Assembly (NCBI GenBank): GCA_023247705.1
Contig: JAHFFY010000001.1
Span: 33,358-97,357, forward strand
DNA length: 64,000 nt
Direction of reading: 5' to 3'
From: Candidatus Omnitrophota bacterium
Lineage (GTDB): Bacteria > Omnitrophota > Gorgyraeia > Zapsychrales > JAHFFX01
This document shows positions 27,626-37,393 of this stretch, in pieces. How positions within the stretch are numbered: position 1 is the first letter of the stretch; every line of letters begins with the position of its first letter. Below the pieces are notes generated by a model. The model saw nothing but the letters and a program-made list of their open reading frames with translations, was not told the DNA's origin and made no database searches. The position numbers were made by a program, and so were the translations under genes.

Positions 27626-28564
27626 ATGCCCAAAGTCAGCGTCATTGTTCCAACATTTAACCGTGCCAATCTCCTATCCGAGGCGATCCAGAGCGTATTG
27701 GATCAAACGTTTAAGGATTATGAGATCATTGTGGTTGACGTGGGATCAACGGATAACACACGGGAGATGATCGGACGATTTGGAGATCAAGTAAAATATT
27801 TCTATAAGGATCAATGTCCCGTATCAACTGCAAGAAATTTCGGGATGAAGAATTCGTGTGGGGAATATATTGCTTTTCTTGATGATGACGACTTATGGTA
27901 CAAGAACAAGCTTGCAGTTCAGGTGAAAGAACTGGATCAGAACCAGGAATTGGGTTTTTTATGTGCTGAAGCTGATGTCATGACCATGGATGGAAGAACA
28001 CTGTATACTTTGAGAAAAGGTTGGGGAAACAAGGAAAATTTTGAAAGTTTGTTTAATGAAAACTTTATTCCGATGTTAACGGTCTTGATGCGTCGAACAT
28101 GTTATGAGCAAATCGGCGGATTCGATGAAAATTTTATTAATTCCGAAGATTATGATTACTGGCTGAGATTAGCTCAAGTATATCAATTCAAGTATCTTGA
28201 CACCCCGTTGGCAAAATGGCGCGTGACCCCTAATAGTAAGAGTAAAAATATTGAGCGGATGTTTAAAGCGTATTGGAAAATTTTTACAAAAAAGAAGATT
28301 ATCAAGAATGTCCCATTTCGAAAGATCATTATTCGCCGTTCAAAATTCTGTTTGGAGTATGCTGACCTATATAAACAAAAAGGACAATTTTTGCAATCTG
28401 CCCAAGCGTATTTAAAGGCTGTTCTTGTCTTCCCGCTTATTGGGTTTTACATATGGCCGAAAGAAATACGACGGATACATTTTACGCTTTTTTATCGAAT
28501 TTTTAGGATTTATGGGCTGATGTTGTATAGTTTTCTTATGGCCATCAGGAATCCCAAGAATTGA
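27626..28564 (+). CDS. Family 2 glycosyltransferase (tandem paralogue A)
   Basis: VSVIVPTFN, DxD (DDDD), QxxRW-like region. About 83% aa identity to the next gene. Confidence 0.85.
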   Translation: MPKVSVIVPTFNRANLLSEAIQSVLDQTFKDYEIIVVDVGSTDNTREMIGRFGDQVKYFYKDQCPVSTARNFGMKNSCGEYIAFLDDDDLWYKNKLAVQVKELDQNQELGFLCAEADVMTMDGRTLYTLRKGWGNKENFESLFNENFIPMLTVLMRRTCYEQIGGFDENFINSEDYDYWLRLAQVYQFKYLDTPLAKWRVTPNSKSKNIERMFKAYWKIFTKKKIIKNVPFRKIIIRRSKFCLEYADLYKQKGQFLQSAQAYLKAVLVFPLIGFYIWPKEIRRIHFTLFYRIFRIYGLMLYSFLMAIRNPKN

Positions 28565-28591
28565 AATCCTAAGGGAAAGATTAGAACTTAT

Positions 28592-28720
28592 CCCAAAATT
28601 TCTCATCAGGATTTTCGTGCGGGTGGCCCGGAGGCGGGTTCCCTGCCGCCCGCAGGTGATGAGGACGGCAGGGTGCCGCAGGGACAGAACCCGCAACAAA
28701 TTCACAGAAGCAATTTTGGG
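28592..28720. repeat. GC-rich (~70% GC) nested palindromic element between the tandem GT2 paralogues
   Basis: Outer IR CCCAAAATT (28592-28600) / AATTTTGGG (28712-28720). Inner IR TGCGGGT (28618-28624) / ACCCGCA (28689-28695). Core CCTGCCGCCCGCAGG self-palindrome and CCCTGCCG/CGGCAGGG pair. Confidence 0.6.
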
Positions 28721-28780
28721 ACAAGTTCTAGACAGTTTGATCGCTCTGGTTGTTATTTGGTAGAAAGAATTAAATTTAAC

Positions 28781-29725
28781 GTGAAGATACCCAAAGTCAG
28801 CGTTATTATCCCGACTTATAATCGAGCCAATCTCCTATCCGAGGCGATCCAGAGCGTATTGGATCAAACGTTTAAGGATTATGAGATCATTGTGGTTGAC
28901 GTGGGATCAACTGATAACACGCGGGAGATGATCGGACGATTTGGAGATAAGATAAACTACATTTATCAAAAGCAATGTCCAGTCGCAACGACAAGAAATT
29001 TAGGAATGAAGAATTCATCTGGGGAATATATTGCCTTTCTTGATGATGATGACTTTTGGCACAAGAACAAACTTGAAATCCAGGTGAAAGAACTGGATCA
29101 GAACCAGGAATTGGGTTTTATCTGCTCTGAAGCTGATGTTGTGACCTTGGATGGAAAATTAATGTACACTTTAAAACGAGGGTGGGGAAACAAGGAAAAT
29201 TTTGAAAGCTTGTTTAACGAAAATTTTATTCCGGTGTTAACGGTCTTGATGCGCAGAAAATGCTATGAGCAAATCGGCGGATTTGATGAGAATCTTATTG
29301 CTGCCGAAGATTATGATTACTGGCTGAGATTAGCCCAGGTGTATCAATTCAAGTTTCTTGATGCCCCATTGGCGAAATGGCGCATGACTCCCAATAGTAC
29401 AAGCAAAAATATTCAGCAAATGTTCGAAGGACATTTGCAACTTTCTAGAAAAAAGAAAATTATTGCGAATGTCCCATATTTAAAAGTCATTATTCGACGT
29501 TCAAAGTTTTGTTTGGAATATGCTGAGCAATATAAACAAAAAAAGCAATTTTTGCAATCCGCCCAAGCTTACTTAAAAGCAGTTCTTGTTTTTCCAATGA
29601 TTGGTTTTTATATATGGCCCAAAGAAGTTAGAAAAATGCGTTTCACCTTGTTTCACCGAATTTTTAGAGTTTATGGCCTCATGTTGCAAAGTTTTTTTAT
29701 GGCCGTCAGGAATCCCCGCAAATGA
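28781..29725 (+). CDS. Family 2 glycosyltransferase (tandem paralogue B)
   Basis: Same motifs as paralogue A. Likely GTG start at 28781 (VKIPKVSVIIP aligns to MPKVSVIVP of A). The track ORF's 5' extension from 28673 reads through the GC-rich element and is probably not coding. Confidence 0.8.
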   Translation: MKIPKVSVIIPTYNRANLLSEAIQSVLDQTFKDYEIIVVDVGSTDNTREMIGRFGDKINYIYQKQCPVATTRNLGMKNSSGEYIAFLDDDDFWHKNKLEIQVKELDQNQELGFICSEADVVTLDGKLMYTLKRGWGNKENFESLFNENFIPVLTVLMRRKCYEQIGGFDENLIAAEDYDYWLRLAQVYQFKFLDAPLAKWRMTPNSTSKNIQQMFEGHLQLSRKKKIIANVPYLKVIIRRSKFCLEYAEQYKQKKQFLQSAQAYLKAVLVFPMIGFYIWPKEVRKMRFTLFHRIFRVYGLMLQSFFMAVRNPRK

Positions 29726-31011
29726 AAATTATAAAAAGATTTATACAAAATTTGATCAGAATATTTTTTATGCTATTGACATTGATCCGACAATGTTTGA
29801 GAAATAAGTCCGATATAAAGTTGGGTTTTCTTGTGGAAGAGTTCTTTCATGAAGATCTGAGAGGCTTTGGTGGTTTTGGAATGCTGGTTAAGTACATCAC
29901 GGATCATTTCAATCCCAAAAGAGGAATGTTTGGAGCAGATGTTTTATTAACTTTTCCGGTAGATTGCGATCAGCCACAAAAAAAAAGATATCATCACGCC
30001 AATGTGATTTTAAAACCTAAAGTTAATAAAAATTATGTTGCCAATTATTTGCGATATAGCAATCTGATCTTCCAAACACGCATCAATGCGTTTATCTCTA
30101 TTGATTATTATGGTTCATATGATTATCCATTATCAGTGTTTCCTCACATGCCTTTAATGATTTGGCATCAGGATCCGCGGGATGAACAAGAATGGGTGCA
30201 AATCATAACGGTTTCTTTAGAAGTGAAATTTTTAAGTAAATTTAAAACATTTGATTATAACCGTTTTATGAATAATCAGCGTACCTCAGTTGAAAAAATG
30301 CTTGATGACAGTAAAAGATTGAATCGAAAAATTTATTTTGTTAGTCAAGCAAATCAATTAAACGCAATGGCGGAACGATTATACGGCATTTCCAATACCA
30401 ACCCAACATTTTTGCCGAATCCGATTCAAAGCATTGGGGTTCAGCATCAGCATTTTTCTCAAAAGCCCTCTTTTCTTCTTTTGGGACGGTTAGATCCAAT
30501 CAAACGACCATGGATCTATTTTGAGTTGGCCAAACGGTTTAAGGAATATGATTTCTACGTGGCGGGTTCAACTCATTATCAGGAAGAGATGGATCGGGTT
30601 ATTGCCAACTATCAAAATATCCCTAATCTAAAATTTCTAGGAAGAATTATGAGCGAACAGAAGGATCAAATTTTGAATTCTATATGGGCGGTTATTAATA
30701 CCAGTATTCACGAGGCATTGCCCGTCTCTTTTTTAGAAGCTTTTGCCTATGGCAAACTGGTTATCAGCTGCCGTAATCCGGATAATTTAGTGAATCGGTT
30801 TGGTTTTTATACTGGAGAAATCTTAGGAGAGGGAACAGATCAGGTATCAATGGGAAAGTTTGAAACGGCTGTAAAAAAATTGGTATCAAAAGATTTTGAT
30901 AAAGAAACGAGGGGACTGGCTGCTCGTCAATATGTCCTGGAGACGCATACGTTTGAAAATTACGAGAAGATCGTTCGGGAAGTCCTAACGAATAAAAAAT
31001 CTTATCTCTAG
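29722..31011 (+). CDS. Glycosyltransferase (GT4-like C-terminal domain, divergent N-terminus)
   Basis: C-terminal Rossmann GT-B half with E...E motif (EALPVSFLEAFAYGK); ATGA overlap with the upstream gene. Confidence 0.55.
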   Translation: MKIIKRFIQNLIRIFFMLLTLIRQCLRNKSDIKLGFLVEEFFHEDLRGFGGFGMLVKYITDHFNPKRGMFGADVLLTFPVDCDQPQKKRYHHANVILKPKVNKNYVANYLRYSNLIFQTRINAFISIDYYGSYDYPLSVFPHMPLMIWHQDPRDEQEWVQIITVSLEVKFLSKFKTFDYNRFMNNQRTSVEKMLDDSKRLNRKIYFVSQANQLNAMAERLYGISNTNPTFLPNPIQSIGVQHQHFSQKPSFLLLGRLDPIKRPWIYFELAKRFKEYDFYVAGSTHYQEEMDRVIANYQNIPNLKFLGRIMSEQKDQILNSIWAVINTSIHEALPVSFLEAFAYGKLVISCRNPDNLVNRFGFYTGEILGEGTDQVSMGKFETAVKKLVSKDFDKETRGLAARQYVLETHTFENYEKIVREVLTNKKSYL

Positions 31012-31019
31012 GAGTTGAC

Positions 31020-32231
31020 ATGGGAGATCGTAAGAAAAAAATTGTTTTTTTAACTGATCCGCGAGAGTGGGGCGGGTGCGAGATATTGCTTTTAGATTAT
31101 CTGACGGCAATTGATTATTCTAAAGTAGAAGTTGTCCTCATGACAACCAACGATTTCTTCTCCAAACGAATCGCTGAACGGGGGTTACCGGTTAAGGTCG
31201 AACTATTCCCTTTCAAATTAGCAGGACATCCGTTAAGCAGATTTATAAAATTCTACCGAATGTTAAGCAAGTTCAAACCGATGGACAAGATTATTTATTT
31301 TACTGGTGGTTTTTATATTTTTAAATGGTCGGAATATTTAGCGGGATATATGCTCTCGAAAAAAGAAGTTTACTCAGTAGAAAATTTAGGACCATTCAAG
31401 CTGCCGGAAACGGGAGACAAAAAATATTTTGGTGTTATTCCACCGCTTAATCTATGGCGACATAAGAAAATATTTTTCGCCAAATTACGCCTTAGTCTCT
31501 GTAAACGGATTCTGACAGTTGGGCTTGATATCAAAACTCGCTTGGTGGATTGGTATGGATGCTCACCCAATAAAATTTTTGTAGCGTATAACGGTGTGAG
31601 TTCAAAAAAATTTAGCCCGGATAGATCCAAAAAAGAAAATTTTCTCAAACGCTATCACAGAACAACAGGTGATATCGTTATTACGAGTACGTCCCGATTA
31701 TCTCAAGAAAAATGCGTCTATCGGTTACTTGAGGCAATCGCGCAAATTAAAGATAAGTATCATAATATTTTTGTGGTGATCGTTGGGGACGGTCCGTTAA
31801 GATCCGAACTAGAGAAGTTAGCGGTCGAGAAAGGTTTGATGCCGATCATCAAATTTGTCGGTTATCAAGAGAACGTGGTCGATTTCCTCCATCTGGGCGA
31901 TATATTTGTTCTGCCGTCTGATTATGAGGGGTTTTCGATCGCGATGCTGGAAGCGATGGCGGTTGGTCTGATCCCGGTACGAACGGATACCTGCGGCGCA
32001 GGGGAAGTGATTATCCATGGCGAGAACGGATTTATTGTTGAATGCTCAACCGAGGGTGTTCGCAAGGGATTAGAAATGACCCTGAAACTTACGGCCGCAC
32101 AGAGACGTATCATGAGCGAAAAGGCCAGGAAAACAATTGAGGAAAATTTTGATTTTACCAAAAATATCAAAAGAGCTGTTTCATTTCTAGAATTAAGTCC
32201 TGTATCTGATTTTGATTCTTCAAAAGGTTAA
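31020..32231 (+). CDS. Family 4 glycosyltransferase
   Basis: GT-B fold; EGFSIAMLEAMAVGLIPV (EX7E motif). Confidence 0.8.
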   Translation: MGDRKKKIVFLTDPREWGGCEILLLDYLTAIDYSKVEVVLMTTNDFFSKRIAERGLPVKVELFPFKLAGHPLSRFIKFYRMLSKFKPMDKIIYFTGGFYIFKWSEYLAGYMLSKKEVYSVENLGPFKLPETGDKKYFGVIPPLNLWRHKKIFFAKLRLSLCKRILTVGLDIKTRLVDWYGCSPNKIFVAYNGVSSKKFSPDRSKKENFLKRYHRTTGDIVITSTSRLSQEKCVYRLLEAIAQIKDKYHNIFVVIVGDGPLRSELEKLAVEKGLMPIIKFVGYQENVVDFLHLGDIFVLPSDYEGFSIAMLEAMAVGLIPVRTDTCGAGEVIIHGENGFIVECSTEGVRKGLEMTLKLTAAQRRIMSEKARKTIEENFDFTKNIKRAVSFLELSPVSDFDSSKG

Positions 32232-32284
32232 ATCGCATCGGATTGCAGGAAAATTTGTAGAGTTTTACAAAAGGCGTAATCGTT

Positions 32285-33532
32285 ATGGAGAACCAGAAAA
32301 GAAAATTACGGATTGCCATGGTGGTATACGCATTCCCAGCGTTATCTCAGACATTTATTGTTAATCAAATCACCGGACTGATTGATCTGGGCCATGAAAT
32401 CGATATATTTTCGTTTATTAAATTGAAGGAGAATCAAATTGCCAACGATATTCATAAATACAATCTGTTAAGTAAGGTCACTTATCTTAAAGGCATTTCG
32501 AAAGATTTTAGTAAAACAATCCTAAGATTTCTTAAGTTATTTTTTCGTTTCATATTTATTTATCCCAAAGAGATTCTAAAAGTACTTAATATTTTTCAAT
32601 ATAAAAGCATGCGGATCGTATTAAACAATTTTTTTATACTTAGCTATTTTCTAGGGAAGAATTATGATGTGTTCCATTGCCATTTTGGTCTTGTTGGAAA
32701 AGAGCTTGTTTTCGTAAAAGAGATCATGCCTCAGGTAAAAATTATTACTCAGTTTCACGGTTATGATATCAGTAAATATATTAAAGAAAATGGCGAACAG
32801 ACATATGATGAACTTTTTAGAAAAGGAGATCATTTTTTGCCGGTCAGTGAACATTTCAAGAACCGGTTGCTCCAGTTGGGATGCCCTCAAGAGAAGATTA
32901 CGATTCATTATTGTGGTGTCTATCTTGACCGCTTTCCATGGTGTGAACATAAATTCGATTTTGGCCAGCGAATACAAATACTTTCGCTGGGGCGTTTGGC
33001 TGAAAAAAAAGGGGTAGAGTATATGATCAAAGCGGTCGCGCATTTAAGATTTAAATTTCCGCAGCTGCAATGTGAAATTGTGGGAGATGGAGAAGAGAGA
33101 ACTAAACTCGAAGAACTCGTTGAGCAAAATGATTTAGAACGGATGATTCAATTTAAAGGCAGTGTGACAACCGGAGAAGTTCAGCAATATTTCCAGAGAG
33201 CCGATATTTTCATTGCCCCCAGCGTGACTTCTTCCAGTGGGGATGAAGAGGGTTTAGTTGTTACGATCAAAGAGGCCATGGCCACCGGGACCCCCGTTAT
33301 CACAACAAACCATGCAGAAATTCCGGAGATGGTTAGAGATGGAATATCAGGTTTTTTGGTCAGCGAGCGTAATGCTCAGGAAATTGCGGACCGGATCACA
33401 TCTTTAGTCCTTAATCCTGACCTTTGTCGTACGTTTGCTTCCGGGGCCCGGAAAGTTGTTGAACAAAAATTCGATCAACTAAAATTAAATGAACAATTAG
33501 AAGAAATATATTTTAATGTCTCCAGCAGATAA
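32285..33532 (+). CDS. Family 4 glycosyltransferase
   Basis: GT-B fold; EEGLVVTIKEAMATGTPVI (EX7E). Confidence 0.8.
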   Translation: MENQKRKLRIAMVVYAFPALSQTFIVNQITGLIDLGHEIDIFSFIKLKENQIANDIHKYNLLSKVTYLKGISKDFSKTILRFLKLFFRFIFIYPKEILKVLNIFQYKSMRIVLNNFFILSYFLGKNYDVFHCHFGLVGKELVFVKEIMPQVKIITQFHGYDISKYIKENGEQTYDELFRKGDHFLPVSEHFKNRLLQLGCPQEKITIHYCGVYLDRFPWCEHKFDFGQRIQILSLGRLAEKKGVEYMIKAVAHLRFKFPQLQCEIVGDGEERTKLEELVEQNDLERMIQFKGSVTTGEVQQYFQRADIFIAPSVTSSSGDEEGLVVTIKEAMATGTPVITTNHAEIPEMVRDGISGFLVSERNAQEIADRITSLVLNPDLCRTFASGARKVVEQKFDQLKLNEQLEEIYFNVSSR

Positions 33533-34454
33533 GAAAATAATAAGTATCATTATTGCGACTTTTCAACGTCCTGATCTTTTGAAAGATGCATTGAACAGTA
33601 TCTTGGGCTGTGAGTTGAATGACTCTTTTGATTATGAAGTCATTGTTGCTGATAATGACTCGCGTGATCACACTCAACAAGTGGTTGAGAACCTGATGCC
33701 TGATTTTCAGGGACGGTTAAAATATGTTTTGGAAGCAAAAAAAGGAAAAAGTTTTGCTATCAATACGGGTATTCTGGAATCTAAAGGCTCTTATATTGCG
33801 ATTACAGACGATGATTGCTTGATTGATAAGAATTGGATCTCTACGATTCATAGTACATTCGCTGTGTGCGATTTGGATATTTTATCCGGAAAAGTTATTC
33901 CATTGTTTGACCAAGAAAAACCTGATTGGATTGACTTTAATGTAAATTTTTTCCAAGGGCCCATGGTGTATTTTAACATGGGCGACAGTTATCTTGACAA
34001 TGCGAAACGGCCAATGTTTGCGGCGGGGGCCAACCTGATCTTGAAACGGTCGTCCATCGAGAGATTTGGACTGTTCCAAAAAGAAGCGCGCTCGCAGGAT
34101 ACCGAGATTTGTCATCGTTGGCAAAATCAAGGGGCTAAAATGGGCTATGATCCCAATCTGGTTGTCTATCATAAAACCCCTTTGTCCCGTTTGAATAAAA
34201 ATTATTTCCGTCAATGGCAGTTTACTCTTGGGAAGAATGCCGTTGAGATTTTTTTTTATGAGCGGTATTATTTCCAGGAGTCCAAACGAAATTGTTTCAA
34301 AATCCCGTTGTGGTTATATCGGAGGATTCTTTCCAGCATTGGTCGATATCTAAAGCAGATGTTCATTGGTAAAGCCACTTTTGCTGATGAATTATCGGTA
34401 TGGTTTCATTCGGGAGAGCTTTGCGGATTATGGAGTCAATATCATGCAGTATAG
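33516..34454 (+). CDS. Family 2 glycosyltransferase
   Basis: ISIIIATFQRPDLL, DNDS, TDDD motifs. Confidence 0.8.
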   Translation: MSPADKKIISIIIATFQRPDLLKDALNSILGCELNDSFDYEVIVADNDSRDHTQQVVENLMPDFQGRLKYVLEAKKGKSFAINTGILESKGSYIAITDDDCLIDKNWISTIHSTFAVCDLDILSGKVIPLFDQEKPDWIDFNVNFFQGPMVYFNMGDSYLDNAKRPMFAAGANLILKRSSIERFGLFQKEARSQDTEICHRWQNQGAKMGYDPNLVVYHKTPLSRLNKNYFRQWQFTLGKNAVEIFFYERYYFQESKRNCFKIPLWLYRRILSSIGRYLKQMFIGKATFADELSVWFHSGELCGLWSQYHAV

Positions 34455-35322
34455 CGTCATCATTTGTACTTACAATCGCGCTAACGACTTGGCGAAAGTA
34501 TTAGATCAGTTATGCAAACAATCGAAGGAAGTTGATGTTAAGCTAGAGTTTTTAGTGATTGATAACAATTCAACGGATCAGACACAAGAAATTGTGATTG
34601 AATTTGCAGAACAATATCATCACGTTCGATATTTGTTTGAAGACCGGCAGGGGAAGCCTTTTGCCTTAAATACGGCAATTCAGCAGGCAAAAGGGGATTG
34701 GTTATTCTTTACCGATGACGATGTCGTGTTTGATGATCATTGGCTCAAAGCAATGATTAACGCGGTGAACATATATTCGTTTAAATGTTTTTTTGGAAAG
34801 ATTATTCCTTTATGGCCCATGGAAAAACCGGATTGGTATGACCCCCGGATGGGCAGTGTGATTGTCAACGCTGATCACGGGAATAGCTTCAAAGATAAAA
34901 TGAATTATATGGTTGGTGCCAATATGGGCATCCATAAAGATATTTTTAAACAATACGGTGGTTTTAACGAAAAGATTAAGCGTTTTGAGGATTCCGAGTT
35001 GAGTCTCAGACTCCGGGAGAAAGTCAATATCGCATATGTTCCTGATGCGGTTGTTTACCATCCGGTTACTCCCTCACGAGTCAACAAACTATATTTTAAA
35101 AAATGGTATTTTGAAATGGGAAGGATTATTGATTTACGCCTCTTTGCTCAACAGCATAAGAAAATCTTGGGCATTCCCAGGTGGGTTTACCGCGCATTCT
35201 TGAAGCAATTGTTTTTATCTCTAAAATCAATCGATCCCAAGATCAGGTTTTATCATCAATTGCAAGTGTGGAGATACTTAGGATCATTCCAAGAGAAATG
35301 GTTTAATGCAAACGTAAAATGA
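34444..35322 (+). CDS. Family 2 glycosyltransferase
   Basis: YSVIICTYNRANDL, DNNS, TDDD. The ATG at 34444 is preferred over the track's 34366 start, which overlaps the previous gene by 89 nt. Confidence 0.75.
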   Translation: MQYSVIICTYNRANDLAKVLDQLCKQSKEVDVKLEFLVIDNNSTDQTQEIVIEFAEQYHHVRYLFEDRQGKPFALNTAIQQAKGDWLFFTDDDVVFDDHWLKAMINAVNIYSFKCFFGKIIPLWPMEKPDWYDPRMGSVIVNADHGNSFKDKMNYMVGANMGIHKDIFKQYGGFNEKIKRFEDSELSLRLREKVNIAYVPDAVVYHPVTPSRVNKLYFKKWYFEMGRIIDLRLFAQQHKKILGIPRWVYRAFLKQLFLSLKSIDPKIRFYHQLQVWRYLGSFQEKWFNANVK

Positions 35323-36515
35323 AAATCGCATTTGTCAATACAGAATATTTGCCGGTTCCGCCTACACGCGGTGGAGCGGTTGAAGAGTGGATCGAAAAGA
35401 TTGCGCAAAGTCTTAAAGAGCACGATATTTTTGTCTTGAGTTATGACGAAAAGCGTAAAAAATCATCAGATAAAAAATGGCATGTTCGATACTTTTGGTT
35501 CAAGCCGAATATTCTCGATAAACTCCTATTGTCAAATTATCGCCTACCGTTTAGACGTGATGATTCCAAGTGGCTATTTTATCCGTATTCTCTTTGGTGT
35601 GCGCAAGAATTAAAAGAAATAAAACCGGATGTGATTCATATTCATAATCGTCCGCATTTTGTGTGGATAATCAAGAAGCTGAACCCCGAAGCCAAAATTA
35701 TTCTGCATCTGCATCAGGTAAGCGCGATGGAAGAGAAAAATTTATGGACGAAAGAATTGATTGCCAGCATTGATTTATTTGTCGGTTGCAGCCAGTTTAT
35801 CGTTGATGAGATGATTCAACGCTATGGCGTTGATAAATCGAAAACAGCGGTTTTTTACAATGGGCTTGATTTGAATGATTTTCCGTCTATTTCGCGAAAG
35901 CAAGAAAAACGTTTAGCGCTTCGCCTAGAAAATAACCTGGCTGATAAAACAACGATTTTGTATGTGGGGCGTTTGGTGGAAAATAAAGGTGTGCATCATC
36001 TGGTTCAAGCGGTACGAGATCTGATCCAGCGTAAATTTTCGAATATAAAGCTTGTTGTCTGCGGGGCATGCGGTTATGCTAGCCGGCACATGACTCCCTA
36101 TGTCCAAAGAATTTATAATATAGCGTATGAAGTTAATGAAAACGTCTTTTTTACCGGTTTTATCTCTCATGAAAAGATTTTAGATTATTATTTAATGGCG
36201 GATCTCGTTGTTATACCATCAGAAGTCCAGGAAGGTTTTTGTTTAGTGACTATCGAGAGTATGGCGGCCGGTGTTCCGGTGATGGCAACGAAGAGGGGAG
36301 GAATGCCCGAAATTATAGAACACCGAAAAACAGGCATCATTGTCGGTGAACCATCCGCGGCCAATATCGAACAGCATATTGAAGAGTTTCTTAAAAATCC
36401 TGAAGGCTTCAGGCAATATATTGCGATAGGTCGAAAAACGGTTGAAGAAAAATTTACCTGGGACATTGTAAGCCGTAACGTGGCCAAAGTATACATGGAG
36501 TTGCAAAATGCCTAG
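35319..36515 (+). CDS. Family 4 glycosyltransferase
   Basis: GT-B; EGFCLVTIESMAAGVPVM (EX7E). Confidence 0.8.
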   Translation: MKIAFVNTEYLPVPPTRGGAVEEWIEKIAQSLKEHDIFVLSYDEKRKKSSDKKWHVRYFWFKPNILDKLLLSNYRLPFRRDDSKWLFYPYSLWCAQELKEIKPDVIHIHNRPHFVWIIKKLNPEAKIILHLHQVSAMEEKNLWTKELIASIDLFVGCSQFIVDEMIQRYGVDKSKTAVFYNGLDLNDFPSISRKQEKRLALRLENNLADKTTILYVGRLVENKGVHHLVQAVRDLIQRKFSNIKLVVCGACGYASRHMTPYVQRIYNIAYEVNENVFFTGFISHEKILDYYLMADLVVIPSEVQEGFCLVTIESMAAGVPVMATKRGGMPEIIEHRKTGIIVGEPSAANIEQHIEEFLKNPEGFRQYIAIGRKTVEEKFTWDIVSRNVAKVYMELQNA

Positions 36516-37392
36516 AGTTAGTATCCTTACCCCGGCTTACAATTGTGAGAAATATATCGTTGAAACGATTGAATCTGCTTTAAAACAGACTTTTCAGGAT
36601 TTTGAAATGATTATCGTTGATGATGGCTCGATCGATCGTACACAGGAAATCGTGGAGCGATATGTTTTCAATTTTCCAGAAAAAATCCGTTATATTTATC
36701 AAGCCAATGGAGGTCCGGCCAAGGCCAGAAATAGAGGGATCAGAGAATCGAAAGGAGAGTATCTTGCTCTTTTAGATGCGGATGATTTGTGGTTACCCAA
36801 TCGGCTAGAAGAGACGGTGGCCGTTTTGAATCGAAAAGCTGAAGTTGGACTCGTCCACGCAAAAACAAAAAGAATTTTAGAAGATGGGCGTTTCACCGAA
36901 ACACCTCGAAAGAATATTCGGTATTTATCCGGACACATCTTTCCTTATATCCTATTGAGAAAAGCAAATATTTCCTGTTTAACCGTTCTTTTTCGGAAAG
37001 AGTGTGTAGAGAAAGTTGGTTATTTTGATGAGACGAAAGAATGTTTCGGTGTTGAAGACCGCGATCTATGGTTAAGGATTGCTTCAAATTATCGAATCGA
37101 ATTTATTGATAAAGTCCTCGGATATTACCGGCTTCGCTCCAGCGGGATTAGTCAGGGAGAGAAAATCCAGGCTAACAAGATTTACGTGATCAATAAGCAT
37201 TGTTCCAGTGAACAACATAAAACTCTAAAGAAACTTGCGCTGGCCCAGATTTACCGGGAATTAGGCGATAGTCTGCTTGCTCAGAAAGAAATTGTCCAAG
37301 CCAAATACTATTACTGGCAGTCTATTTCTTTTTATCCATTCAAATTTTGGCCTTGGATCAATTTATTGAGATTATCATTAAGGAGATATTAA
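36508..37392 (+). CDS. Family 2 glycosyltransferase
   Basis: VSILTPAYNCEKYI, DDGS, DADD motifs. Confidence 0.8.
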   Translation: MPRVSILTPAYNCEKYIVETIESALKQTFQDFEMIIVDDGSIDRTQEIVERYVFNFPEKIRYIYQANGGPAKARNRGIRESKGEYLALLDADDLWLPNRLEETVAVLNRKAEVGLVHAKTKRILEDGRFTETPRKNIRYLSGHIFPYILLRKANISCLTVLFRKECVEKVGYFDETKECFGVEDRDLWLRIASNYRIEFIDKVLGYYRLRSSGISQGEKIQANKIYVINKHCSSEQHKTLKKLALAQIYRELGDSLLAQKEIVQAKYYYWQSISFYPFKFWPWINLLRLSLRRY

Positions 37393-37393
37393 C

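Noticed and set aside
28673-28780. N-terminal extension of the second tandem GT2 ORF (MPQGQNPQQIHRSNFGTSSRQFDRSGCYLVERIKFN...)
   Set aside because: It reads through the GC-rich palindromic element, has no counterpart in paralogue A, and paralogue B aligns to A starting at the GTG at 28781. It is most likely non-coding.
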